The notes under the pieces: model-generated
What the model saw: only the letters and a program-made list of their open reading frames with translations
Told to the model about the DNA's origin: nothing
The model's database searches: none
From: Tubiluchus corallicola
Lineage: Eukaryota > Animalia > Priapulida
Direction: 5' to 3'
DNA length: 64,000 bases
NCBI GenBank assembly: GCA_030141605.1
Contig: JAQGDQ010000391.1
Span: forward strand, 124,001 to 188,000
Part shown: positions 11,166-23,630 of the stretch, in pieces
How positions within the stretch are numbered: position 1 is the first letter of the stretch
How the letters are laid out: every line of letters starts with the position of its first letter
Translations under genes and position numbers: made by a program

Positions 11166-14100
11166 TTGTGTTTTCATAAGTTGTAGTTAACTTTTTGAAT
11201 TTCAGCAACAATGGAGCTTACGTTTTCTATGACAACAGATTCATGCCTCTGCTTACGGAAAATGAAACGCTCAAATACTCAGCCGACTTACATTTTGTTG
11301 GTCGAATGTCCGGGAAGAAGTCAGAAAAGGAAGCTTGTAATTCTGGTTTGCTTTTGCAGGTTTTTAATCGCTGGTTATCATTGGATATTATGATGTTTAA
11401 TTTAAAGTGATTGGAATTGATTCAAACTGAAGAAAGAAGTCCGCAGAAATGGCAACCATATAATTCTTTCAGCATTTACTTCTGTTTTTTTAGTACTATT
11501 TTCTGTTTTCAGTGGTGCTTCTTGTAGAAGAACCAATGACGGGATTGGATAGTTTCAGTGCAAACAGCGCGATTTCATTGCTGTCCAGATTTGCCAAGAA
11601 GTACTTCCGCATAGTCATTTTCACTGCCCATCGTCCACAGTCAGACATCTTCCCTCTTCTAGATCGTGTAACGTACTTGTGTGCAGGAGAATTCGTTTTC
11701 ACTGGTAGGTGACGCCACTTGTCTATCCTGCGTCTAGTGGGTAGGTCTCTGCATTCACTGATGGCTTCACGTCCTTCGATGACACCAAACCATTTATGTC
11801 TGATAGTAATATATAAAAAATCTTTTATTTACGTATCAGCTTACAGCTCTATTTTTGATTTATTAATATTTCTAATTATAACTTTAATATGCGATTTAGA
11901 CATTTGCTACAATCATTTTTCCCTTTAGCTTTGCTATAACTATTTACTGCACTATTTCTTTGTAGACTAATCAATGCGCTGCCGGACTACATCTATTACA
12001 CGAGCTATGTGTCCATATATCGCTATGCTGGATACCTAATAGCAAACGATGAATTTCGAGAAATGGGCAACACCACATGCGACGCAGAGGACAGAGTCAG
12101 GGGTCTGTGCCGGTTTCCTAGTGGTCAAAGCCTGATGGAGACGTTCTGGCCAGTAGACAACCAGAGTCTGATTGACAGTTTTGGAGTAATGTTTATCATG
12201 TATGGCTGTCTCTGCGTAGTAACGTTACTGATATACAATCTGCCCATAAAAAAACAAACAAAAGCTTGAGCAATTTAGACAATAACTGAAGAGGTAATTT
12301 GTTATTTGCACAAACTGAAAGGCTAATGTTTGAACTAGAAAATTAAAAATATAATTTATTTATGATAATTGTAGTCAAATCTAGACTAATGAAGTTTTTT
12401 CTAACACTCAAAGCCATTGACTGAAATTTGCTTATGCCTGTTGTTGCCTTTACCACATTTTCACCATAAATTTTTAGCAGCAATAGCATTTAGAGGTAAA
12501 GGTTCACATGTTTCTGTACTTTAATTAGACATTTAGCAAATTCACTTTTATTTAGTCTGATGTCTGATCGAATGAATGAGTACCTACCAGCATAATGTAT
12601 ATAAACTTGTATTATAAATTTTTATGACAAACTTTATATTGTAATTATTGGGTTGGTGAATTAATATTTTTTTATATTTGATGTCATGCTGTTTATATAA
12701 AAATTAATACAACATTTATCTAAATAATACTACTGTTGCTTTGTGCATCATTTTTATTGTTATTTTAGTTTTTAATGATCTGGTGGAACCATTTTAAAAT
12801 CGCCCGTCTTTACACAAACAGTACTAAATTCATGTGGAGTGAATTAAGTGAGGACCATCTTACTTCAGTTTGTCTATCGTTCAATACAAGCAATACATAC
12901 AATATCTACTCGCCAAGAACGAATTTCTACAAAAATGACAACAAAATTATTCATCTTACACTTAATAAGTTGCTCAAAGTGGAAACACAAAAATTACGGT
13001 TGTCATGTTACTAGGAAATGTCTTTAAATGATGCCAGTGAAATCACTGCAGTGTTTTTTTAAAGCAAACTTTAACTAGACACAATTGCAGACAAAAAGAA
13101 GCAATGTTATTTTACCAACTTTAACGTGCAGCACGAAATTACCTTAAATTTTAACAATGATATTATCTGTACATAATTCATTATAATTTTGTGTAACAGT
13201 TTTAGTATATTTATACGTTTGTATACACAGAAGAAGGTTTAAATAATTATATCGACATTTTACACAATAGTTATAAGTGTTTAAACATCTAAGCTAAGTC
13301 TATACATATAAATTTCGCTGCATTGCGTTTCTGTCAATTGGCAACCATATTTAGCCATAGAGGAAACCTTCATATTTTCAAAAAAGAATAGACAGAGAAA
13401 GAAACAAATATAAACCGTTTCTATTTTAAATTAAAACAGCTGACAGTTGGCAGTATTTGCAACTACTGAGTGCTACAGTGACATAATGGCTATGTATCAT
13501 TGCTTGCTGCGAAAACAGTGTTGAAGAACTGTATAGGCGGATAAAGATTGCTCTTAGTAAATGGGGTACCTAAAACAAATTGCAACAAAACTTTTCTCTT
13601 CGGGAGCGGAATTTTGGCCCAAGTAGGCGCCATTTTGCATTTATGCATACATATACGATTGCTATTTGTTCAAAGTTGTTTACTATCTTTACGTCCTAGT
13701 ACTCTTCTGTATTAATTGTAAAAAGTGCAAAATACCGCTAAACCTGAAAGGGATGCTGAACAGCTTTGCTAAGTATTTTGTAAACGAAGTGCAAGTTGAA
13801 TAAAAAACAAAAAGCGTTGACGAAAACAATGAAAACGAAAATCCACACAGTTATTTGTAACTATACCCTAAACGTGAATGATTTTAAAAAATATATGTCC
13901 AACCCGTATTTTTACAAATCGTAGACTAATTTCAAGAACACTAAAACCGTTTTAGTATAGTATACGCTACGAATGCTTATCCGTTTTTCATCTAAACTTG
14001 TTTCAAAAGACTTATCATCAAGATGGCTGCACGAACCTGGAGTTTAAAAATTAAATTTTCAAATTTCATACAGAGTTGCTGCTAATAAAAGCTCTGTGCG

Positions 14101-14434
14101 CAATAAGAGAGCATCTTGGTGACACAAAATTTCAAGACGAATTTCTAGCTTTACGTAAGTAAAATGTTTTTTGGTGCTTTAACAGGCAACATTAACACTA
14201 ACGGCTGTTTAACGACATGCACGGAGCAACGTAGAAAAGGGCTCTATAAACAAACTAATGGCATAGATTATATAACGTTTGCAACCACTAAATTCGAACT
14301 CAAGACTCCGAAGTCTAGATCACTCAACCCGAGACAATGCTTATGGCTAAATCATTAAGCTAATCTTCGAAATTAACTTCAGGAAGCTCTGAATTGTTTC
14401 AAGTGAAAACGTGAACTCTGAGGTGCCCCAGAAC

Positions 14435-17400
14435 ATGTATAACACACTGGAGTTACAAGGTGTTTGATACGTCGAGGACGAAGGATCTTGGTACGATTTT
14501 GTTCTGTGCAAACGACCAGTGAAGAGGCTCGTGCTGAAAGATGTCAGCATGGAGGTTCGCAGCGGGGAGGTCATGTGCGTCATGGGATCAGCAGGTAAGA
14601 CATGAACTATTTTTTAATAAACTATTACGAGATTTTAAAACATGGCATCTAAGATTTCAAGTACACTTACACAAAATGCCTTTAAAATGATCAATATCAG
14701 TTTCTTCACAGATTGTAGATTGCATTTTACCATTGCTGTGTGGTAAGCAGAATTTAACTTATTAAAGTTGTACAAGTAATATTTAGTCCAGAGATTGGGA
14801 CAAGAAAGTCACCAAGAAAATGACTTAATTGGCACACGTTTTACACCTTGAGCATGACACCTACTCACGACTTACACAAGATCTATCAAGAATCAGATTC
14901 CGATCATTGTTCAGATTCAGATTATGTTTCGTAGTCGTAAACAATAAATAGGTGTATGTAGTTTATTTACTAAAACAAGTTACATTTATACGCGAGGAAC
15001 GAGGCAAATGCTACAATCGATACAGTAGTGATTTTTGTCCAAATGTCACTTTACGTATATTTCCTACTCAAGGTTATAGTTTTAAAAACAGTGTTATGCA
15101 TACAAGGTACATCAGCATAAAAGTTGCAAAATTTCATGACTGATCATATAACAATTAGGGTGCTCAAAGAAGTGAGTTAAATCAGCAAAGTTTACATTGT
15201 CATCGCGGTTTCTAATATTTGATGTTAGGGGGCATGTTTGTATAACGTGTTTCCCGGTTTGAATGTCCCCACAAGGACATAACCTATTTTCCCTTGGCTG
15301 TCTCGCCCATCTACCCGTTTCTATCCGCAGCCTAGTACATACAGCCTATACATGAACAAAACCATTGTTGCGAAAGCATATTTTGCACCCACTCTCCCAA
15401 TGTTAGCAACGGGTGCGGTTTAGAAGCCCACTAATGCAAAGCCCATGTAATTGGTAGCAGTTTAAAAGAGAACACGTGTGCAAACTTGATGATTCCAACT
15501 TGGCCTTTCTATGTGCGTGGCTGGCTGTTGTGGGCTTTGTAGGTTTTATTTTGTGCTCACAATCACATCACGGCACCACTCACAGCATACCACCCACCCA
15601 ACACCACACCTCCCACTATACCGCATTGAAACACCACACCCACATCACTCTACACCACACCATCCACACCCAACCACCCCTCCAAATTATCCACATTGCA
15701 TCATCCACACCACACCATCAGTACCCTACCACACCACCAGATTATCCACACTACATCACCCACACCACACTGTCAATACCACATCACTTCATCAATACCA
15801 CATATACTCTACCACCCCACCACACCTCACAGTCCTCGGCCCCTTGACGGCTTTGGGCAAGGCATCCACAACATTATGATAGTGGTAATTCATTTCATGC
15901 AGTTTCCTACTAGATCACATCAGTAGGCAGAAAAATTTTCTTGCGTTGCAAAAACATTTGAACAAGGGTAACAATGTGATGGATGTTTTTTTCTCACACT
16001 TCTCCAAACTGAGCCTATTAAATTTCAGTGAATGTAGCTTAGAGAAACTCTAGTGCATCAAAATGTAACATAGGCAAATCAAAGAAAATTTATTTGTTTC
16101 AGAATTTCTAGCAAAACAATATCAGAATATGTTTCAAAAAAACTGATAAACATAAATTGACCTAAAGCAAATACACAAAGCTTAAAAACTGATAAATGTA
16201 AGAAGGGACTGTAAAACAAAAATATTCTGTTCCATTAATTTCTGTTTACAATGACAACTATTTTTTTGCTCCAACGAGACCGTCTGACGCCGTCTCAAGT
16301 GTTTCTGCTGAAATAGCTCCTGCACAAGTAACCTCAACATCTGCATGCTCCTCTCCCTTTCTTCTTTTTCTCAAATCATTCTTTGTTTCAGCATTGTCTT
16401 CTGCTTCATCTTTTTCTACAGAAGTAACTTCAATATCAATATGCTTTTCTGCAATACTTCTCTTTTGTGACTCACCTTCTGTTTCAACTACGTCTTCTTT
16501 TTCATTTCTTTTAACCACGTCATTTTCATTTGAAGCAACACCAGTAGCAGCAAGACTTTCTATTTCTTCTCCTTTTATTGAACCAACACCTTTGGGAGAG
16601 ACGTCTTTTGTGTCATAACCTTCCTTTTTTGTCTCATCACCTGAGCTAGTGCTAATGTTAGACTTTGTTTGTCTGACCTGGTAAACCAATAGAGCAACCA
16701 TGAGACCAAACAATACCACAATAAGTAGCATCAGTAGTGCACGTCCAGGACAGGCATTTGATTTGCTTGACAGAAGTTTTAGACTAGTCCATGTTGAGTT
16801 TCCACCAGTCGGTGACAAAATTATTGCTTCAGCATAACCACATCGGATTGTGCTATTTGATCCTCCGATGCAAGCACTTAAGCCAACCACCATTTTTCCT
16901 TTTGCATTTACATTCAGAGAGATCTTTCCTTCAGAATTCATTTGGGCGACGTTTTTGAAGTTTAGAATTGAGTATAACAGCTGCACATTATTGCGAGTTT
17001 CAAATGTTGCTTGAACTTGACCAATATATGATCCAGCAACTCCAGTACTGTCGAATAAATAGGCTTTTTGAGTGAACTTAGGACTTCTCAGTGCCGCATT
17101 TTTCACATTAACAGTAATATCAATGGTTCCTGCTTGCCCATTATTTGCAGCATTACGAGCCTTTACAACAAGTTCGTAGCGATCCTTGATATATGCATTC
17201 AATGTTGACGACAAAACCAGACTTAAGACTGATATATTTGCCATGTGCGTTTTAGATATGATTAATATAAAGTCATCTACATACGCACCCTGCTTTGTCT
17301 TTAATGTGTAGGTAAACTGAGGTTCTAAATTACCAATTTGAACACCCGTAACGAATATCAATGTGTCATAGTGTTCGTAATCAAACACATCGACTGAATT

Positions 17401-20400
17401 TTTTTCTGAATTACGTCTGAACATTCTGAACAATGCAGAATTTAGAGTGATGTCGATACGCAAGAGTGCTCTATCACAATGTGTAGCAACATCACGTTCT
17501 GTCGCTTGAACAAGAGTGTGGTAAACAACTGTTTCGTACGAAGCAGCTCTAGGAAGATTCCCAGCAATAGTAATTTCACCATTTGCTTCATCTATTTTAA
17601 ATATGTTTTCTATTTGGCTTGGGTACGGAAAAGAGAAAAACACACCATTTCCTAGTCTATCCTTGTCATTTGCTTCAATTTTTCCTGGTTCAACTTTCAG
17701 TGGTGCGCTAAAAATTTTTTTGTACACTCCGACCTGATACAGATTATGAGAAAATTTGGGATTTTCGTTATTTGTTTTATCTATAAGGACATTAAGGCTA
17801 AGTTTTCTAGGCTGTCTTTTAGATGGCCCAGCATTCCCAATTGGTGGTGCATTGAACTTAGTCTTGGGTATCAACCAGAGATTTAACCTAAGATTCTTTG
17901 TGAATTTGTAGTGTACTTTCTTTTTCAGATAAACAAAAAAGTCAAGTTTCTTTGTTGGTTGATAAGAATTTAAATCCTTATCTACAGTTTTACCTTTGAA
18001 ATATTCCTCTCCCGTGCAGCTAAAATTGCCACCTTGATTCACAAGTTCGCCCATGCATATGATAAAATTCCTTGCATATGCAAATTCGTCCAAGTCTTTG
18101 GCGGGAAATTTCCACAATTGCGAGCCAATTAGAGTGTCTTCAGCAAGAAATAGTTGCCTTCCGGGATAGAAGTCGAATGTAGGAGCATATCGATCCTCGG
18201 GCACTATTACAAGGGTAAGTGTAATTTCATGCCAAAGGACAGGGCGGTTGCGATCACAATACACTGGTTTCCAAAGGCTCCAAGCTTGAAAGCATCCTAA
18301 GCAATTAAACTTTAATAAAAGCTTTGGTTTTTCCTGTTGAAGTTGATTACGTTTATATTCTAACAGATAACTCTCAATTCTTCTATTTGCCGTGTACTCT
18401 ATAAAAGGACCCAGTGTTATTCCTGACCTATCATTTCCTATCTTAAACAAGTGATGGTCAGTACGGGTACCGTTTATTGTTGCGTCAGTAAGGTAAGGTT
18501 GCGCATAATATAATGAATTTACACTAAAAAAGTCAGGAATACCCAAACGCATTCTGTTTCCTGTCTTAAATAACTTTTCCGCAGCTGTCATTTCGTACTG
18601 GACATTTGGTGAAGGGAGGCATGCTTTTCGAGGTGCCCTGCCACCTGTGATGTGCCCATTTATGAATTCACCTAAGATGAATCTCGCAATTGTAAAAAGT
18701 AAGAACAGCACTTCAAATAGTTTGCATTCCATTTCACTTTATCAAGAAATGTTGTTCCCTCATTGATAACTGCAGCATATTCATTGACACATTTCTTCTT
18801 CAAAACTCACTTTATTACACAGTTCCATTCGAATTCCAATCGAAATTCTGTTCCATTCAAATTTGTCATTTTCGCTTTATTGTTTTCACGACTGTCATTG
18901 TGACGTCTTTGTTGAAATTCTGTAATTTAAAATTACATTTTTTTGAAAGCAATCTGAAAAAAAATGAACAATGGCAACCCCACAAATACATGCGTGGTCT
19001 GACATTTTTGATTTTTAATATTAATAGAAAACTAGCCAAACCCCGCAAAAACTCACAACAACCTACACCACACCATACAACCACCCACTTCCCCACTCAC
19101 AACACACCACCCACACCATGCCACACCAACCCACCACTATGATAACGACTATGATGATGATGTCGACATTGGTAACGACAACCTACAGCACCAACACCAC
19201 AGCACTGCATTATAGTACAACCATGCAAAACAATTTTGTACACTGTGCGCTACAACAAATGCTCTGACACCCATCCACCCTTGATCAATAATGCACTTAT
19301 AGTCTACACAATTTTGCTTACTGCTTCCTAGATTATAATAGCCTCAGAGATATAACTTACAAGTACAATCTATGACACAGTATCGAAGGACGGGTGAGAA
19401 CAAAGCCTAGAAACAGCAGCAAAATTTCTTAAACTCAAAGACAATGGATGTTCCAAATGGCAGCACAGGGGTGGAAAAAGAACTAGACGAACAAAATGCT
19501 TGTAAAAATAATGAATATGAATTTTGAAGATTAAAAAAATCTGAATTCATAATCATGCGAATTCATTAGCTTTTTTTCAAAATTGACAAGTAAGAAGGTA
19601 AACCGGACATAAAAATGACGTAACAAGAGCCCAAGAAATATAATAATTGTTACTGAATTGTATACCGTACGAAAAACGTAATATTTTGGGTACAAATGTT
19701 CACCTGTAAGTGTACTTGCCTAAAAAAAGTCTGACGCTAACTTAACAATTTTTGCACTTAATCGTAAAGACATATCTTGATGTGCAAAGGGGCAAACGGT
19801 CTCGCCTCTGCGTGTGGGGCTCGAAACGCTCGTGGTGTCTTTGCGCCCATTATATTTAGGCACTTTACAGTTCCAGGGACTGATGGTGATCGTGAACAAG
19901 TCAAAGGTTAGGTGTACCAGAGAACGCATTTATGTACACTATACAACGTCTAATAGTAACAGTCTTAACAGCTAGCTAGAACCTTATCTAGCTCATTTTT
20001 GTTGTTACCAAGCGAGATCCTGCTAGTAAATCACTCTATGCAGAGACTAATGCATAGGTAAGTAAAGTCCACGTAAAACGACGGAAATTACTGAACGTTA
20101 GCTGCCGACGGTTTTTCTTTACCCGTATGTCACGTGACGGTTGCAGTTAAGACGCTTTGCTGTGGTACACTTAACCTTTGACCTACAACTGCGCCTGCGC
20201 ACAACGAAACTGTGAAAATACTTATTACTTAACAACTGAAGTTGGTATGGCACATTTTTGAAAATTTAACATGTTCAAAGCATTAATTTTGTTCGTTCTT
20301 ATTTTGTTTGTTAGTTTTGTGTTTCTCTTCTTCCAAAGCAGTGTTACAGTTTTTTCTGTTTTGTCTACTTTGTCAAAAATGTGTTGCTGTTTACTTGAAT

Positions 20401-22719
20401 GTAACTATACGTTCATGGTTAACCCTTTCCCTCTGCTTATAAACAACATGAACAATGAAGCAACAGTAAATGCGGAAGAAAGAAGTTAATTCTGATTTTC
20501 ACTAAACACAGCTATTAAAATTGGCTTGCAAAAATTGGAGCAACAGTGCAAGTGTGATGAAAGGGCAACGTATGTATAATAAATCATTTTATTCACAATG
20601 ACGCCGTGACATGCGCATCAGCACCGTCCGCGCTCTACGTCACAATATGCCGATGCGCATGTCACGGCGTCTTTGTGAAGAAAACATAAAAAAGCAGTAG
20701 AAAAAGTGAAATTACAGGGTGAAGTATTGAATTTTATATTTTATAAAAAGTGAAATCAAGTAACTCGCTAGATATCTAATCCTTTGCGCTCCATTACGGT
20801 TCACATTAAGGAGCAGGTGCTGAGGTGGAAAATGCACCTGCCTGTTAGCCCACTGAACAGACAAAACCGTTCCGCAGCAGCAGTGTTATACGCCACTATA
20901 CAATGGCTTCTTATGGCCCCTGTAACAATACATACATATGCATATCACAAATGTTAAGACAATTTTCAGTTTCCGTATAAAATTTTCATAATATTTCACT
21001 CATTTTCACTGTAATGTAGCTTTTTAAATATTCTTGCTAACTATCTTAAAACTGATTTGGAAAGACCAAAGAAAATTGTATAAAGATCATCGGTAAGAAT
21101 CTCATTCTTGAGCACACCGTTCTGTGTAATGATATGTTAAAGGAAATTATGGCAGACAACTTTCATCCTCTACATAAAGAATTTACATTTCTTTCACACT
21201 TTCACACAAAATAGAATTAAACGTGCCCCTTTCAAGAACAAATCGATTTTCGTTTCTTTCCACTCAAATTAAAGTATTCAATAATAGTTAAGCACTTTTC
21301 AACTTATAAAGCTTTATTTTGATTGTAACGCAAATTCATTTTTCTAACATAGATGCATTTACATTTATATGCACAGTTGAATTTAATTGAAGTTGCAGAC
21401 TTGTTGTGCTAATTGTTTCTTAAGTAGTCCGTGCAAATAAACAAAACGGAAAATTGCCTGTATACCAATAGTATACATTACCTATAAGTGTGTCTATGTC
21501 TAAGTCTATGTCTATGTCTATGGCTGTCTATGTTTATGTCTAGCTGTAGTATTATTCATGTCTAAGTCTGTGTCTGTATCTGTGTGTGTATCTATGTCTA
21601 TGTCTATGTCTATATTTGTGTTTTCATAAGTTGTAGTTAACTTTTTGAATTTCAGCAACAATGGAGCTTACGTTTTCTATGACAACAGATTCATGCCTCT
21701 GCTTACGGAAAATGAAACGCTCAAATACTCAGCCGACTTACACTTTGTTGGTCGAATGTCCGGGAAGAAGTCAGAAAAGGAAGCTTGTAATTCTGGTTTG
21801 CTTTTGCAGGTTTTTAATCGCTGGTTATCATTGGATATTATGACGTTTAATTTAAAGTGATTGGAATTGATTCAAACTGAAGAAAGAAGTAAGTAGAAAT
21901 GGCAACCATATAATTCTTTCAGCATTTACTTCTGTTTTTTTAGTACTATTTTCTGTTTTCAGTGGTGCTTCTTGTAGAAGAGCCAATGACGGGATTGGAT
22001 AGTGTCAGTGCAAACAGCGCGATTTCATTGCTGTCCAGATTTGCCAAGAAGTACTTCCGCATAGTCATTTTCACTGCCCATCGTCCACAGTCAGACATCT
22101 TCCCTCTTCTAGATCGTGTAACGTACCTGTGTGCAGGAGAATTCGTTTTCACTGGTAGGTGACGCCACTTGTCTATCCTGCGTCTAGTGGGTAGGTCTCT
22201 GCATTCACTGATGGCTTCACGTCCTTCGATGACACCAAACCATTTATGTCTGATAGTAATATATACAAAATCTTTTATTTACGTATCAGCTTACAGCTCT
22301 ATTTTTGATTTATTAATATTTCTAATTATAACTTTAATATGCGATTTAGACATTTGCTACAATCATTTTTCCCTTTAGCTTTGCTATAACTATTTACTGC
22401 ACTATTTCTTTGTAGACTAATCAATGCGCTGCCGGACTACATCTATTACACGAGCTATGTGTCCATATATCGCTATGCTGGATACCTAATAGCAAACGAT
22501 GAATTTCGAGAAATGGGCAACACCACATGCGACGCAGAGGACAGAGTCAGGGGTCTGTGCCGGTTTCCTAGTGGTCAAAACCTGATGGAGACGTTCTGGC
22601 CAGTGGACAACCAGAGTCTGATTGACAGTTTTGGAGTAATGTTTATCATGTATGCCTGTCTCTGCGTAGTAACGTTACTGATATACAATCTGCCCATAAA
22701 AAAACAAACAAAAGCTTGA
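14435..22719 (+). pseudogene. ABCG5: ABCG5-like half-transporter pseudogene (unit 2); exon remnants 14435-14594, 21656-21779, 21963-22154, 22416-22719
   Basis: Exon 1 reads MYNTLELQGV*YVEDEGSWYDFVLCKRPVKRLVLKDVSMEVRSGEVMCVMGSAG|gtaaga (first half of Walker A; TGA at 14465-14467). Then the Q-loop exon AYVFYD..LTENETLKYSA, the Walker B/H-loop exon VLLVEEPMTGLD..TAHRPQSDIFPLLDRVTYLC, and the last exon LINALPDYIYY..ANDEF..C..CRFPSG..stop. The GKT, signature-motif and most TM exons were not found. Confidence 0.78.
16258..18732 (-). CDS. Cadherin-like single-pass membrane protein, 824 aa (unit 2, identical protein)
   Basis: Same translation as 5807-8281 at offset 10451. The two DNA differences I found (6191/16642 and 6350/16801) are synonymous. 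Confidence 0.85.
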   Translation of the reverse strand: MECKLFEVLFLLFTIARFILGEFINGHITGGRAPRKACLPSPNVQYEMTAAEKLFKTGNRMRLGIPDFFSVNSLYYAQPYLTDATINGTRTDHHLFKIGNDRSGITLGPFIEYTANRRIESYLLEYKRNQLQQEKPKLLLKFNCLGCFQAWSLWKPVYCDRNRPVLWHEITLTLVIVPEDRYAPTFDFYPGRQLFLAEDTLIGSQLWKFPAKDLDEFAYARNFIICMGELVNQGGNFSCTGEEYFKGKTVDKDLNSYQPTKKLDFFVYLKKKVHYKFTKNLRLNLWLIPKTKFNAPPIGNAGPSKRQPRKLSLNVLIDKTNNENPKFSHNLYQVGVYKKIFSAPLKVEPGKIEANDKDRLGNGVFFSFPYPSQIENIFKIDEANGEITIAGNLPRAASYETVVYHTLVQATERDVATHCDRALLRIDITLNSALFRMFRRNSEKNSVDVFDYEHYDTLIFVTGVQIGNLEPQFTYTLKTKQGAYVDDFILIISKTHMANISVLSLVLSSTLNAYIKDRYELVVKARNAANNGQAGTIDITVNVKNAALRSPKFTQKAYLFDSTGVAGSYIGQVQATFETRNNVQLLYSILNFKNVAQMNSEGKISLNVNAKGKMVVGLSACIGGSNSTIRCGYAEAIILSPTGGNSTWTSLKLLSSKSNACPGRALLMLLIVVLFGLMVALLVYQVRQTKSNISTSSGDETKKEGYDTKDVSPKGVGSIKGEEIESLAATGVASNENDVVKRNEKEDVVETEGESQKRSIAEKHIDIEVTSVEKDEAEDNAETKNDLRKRRKGEEHADVEVTCAGAISAETLETASDGLVGAKK

Positions 22720-23359
22720 GCAATTTCGACAATAACTGAAGAGGTAATTTGTTATTTGCACAAGCTGAAAGGCTAATGTTTGAACTAGAAAATTAAAAAT
22801 ATAATTTATTTATGATAATTGTAGTCAAATCTAGACTAATGAAGTTTTTTCTAACACTCAAAGCCATTGACTGAAATTTGCTTATGCCTGTTGTTGCCTT
22901 TACCACATTTTCACCATAAATTTTTAGCAGCAATAGCATTTAGAGGTAAAGGTTCACATGTTTCTGTACTTTAATTAGACATTTAGCAAATTCACTTTTA
23001 TTAAGTCTGATGTCTGATCGAATGAATGAGTACCAACCATCAAAATGTATATAAACTTGTATTATAAATTTTATGACAAATTTTACATTGTTATTACTGG
23101 GTTGGTGAATTAACATTTTTTTATTTGATGTCATGCTGTTTATATAAAACTTAATAAAACATTTATCTAAATAATACAACTGTTGCTTTGTTATTTAACT
23201 CTGTCAGTTGCCTCGTTGCATCATTTTTATTGTTATTTTAGTTTTTAATGATCTGATGGAACCATCCTAAAATTGCCCGTCTTTGCAAAAACAGTGCTAA
23301 ATTCATTTGGAGTGAATTAAGTGAGGACCAACTTACTTCAGTTTGTCGTTCAATACAAG

Positions 23360-23630
23360 CTATTTTGTATTCATTCAGTGTCCGATTTGATAATGGCAAT
23401 TTTCTGAAGGATTTATGAAAAGTGAAGATCACTCATCAGTGATGTTAATTTGAAAATTGTCCCCAAATATCATGCTACTAAACAGATACCAAACATTCCA
23501 TGCACAGTGATTGCTTCAAAAGATCATATAAAAAGAAACAGCACAGCCCCCAATACTGAACCTTGAGGCAGATCACATAAAAAGAAATAACATAGGCCCC
23601 AAAACAGTGCCTTGAGGCAGACCAAAGTGG
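23360..23630 (-). mobile_element. CR1/L2/jockey-group reverse transcriptase fragment
   Basis: GLPQGTVLGPMLFLFM* is followed directly by LPQGSVLGAVLFLFI*, i.e. the RT motif G.PQGSVLGP.LF twice in tandem. Confidence 0.7.

Larger units (their letters stand above)
4000..12269 (+). pseudogene. ABCG5: ABCG5-like pseudogene (unit 1); exon remnants 4000-4143 (5'-truncated), 11206-11329, 11513-11704, 11966-12269
   Basis: Same exon set as unit 2. The start codon is removed by the junction at 4000-4004, TGA lies at 4014-4016, and the expected donor after KSEK reads AAG|GAAGCT. AG acceptors sit at 11204-11205, 11511-11512 and 11964-11965. Confidence 0.78.

Noticed and set aside
13955-14434. Head-to-head ABCG8 partner upstream of the ABCG5-like exon 1
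   Set aside because: No ABCG-like coding sequence on the minus strand; the interval is largely a dispersed repeat.
14465-14467. Selenocysteine or readthrough at the in-frame TGA
   Set aside because: The gene has other independent lesions (missing exons, dead donor) and no SECIS was recognised.
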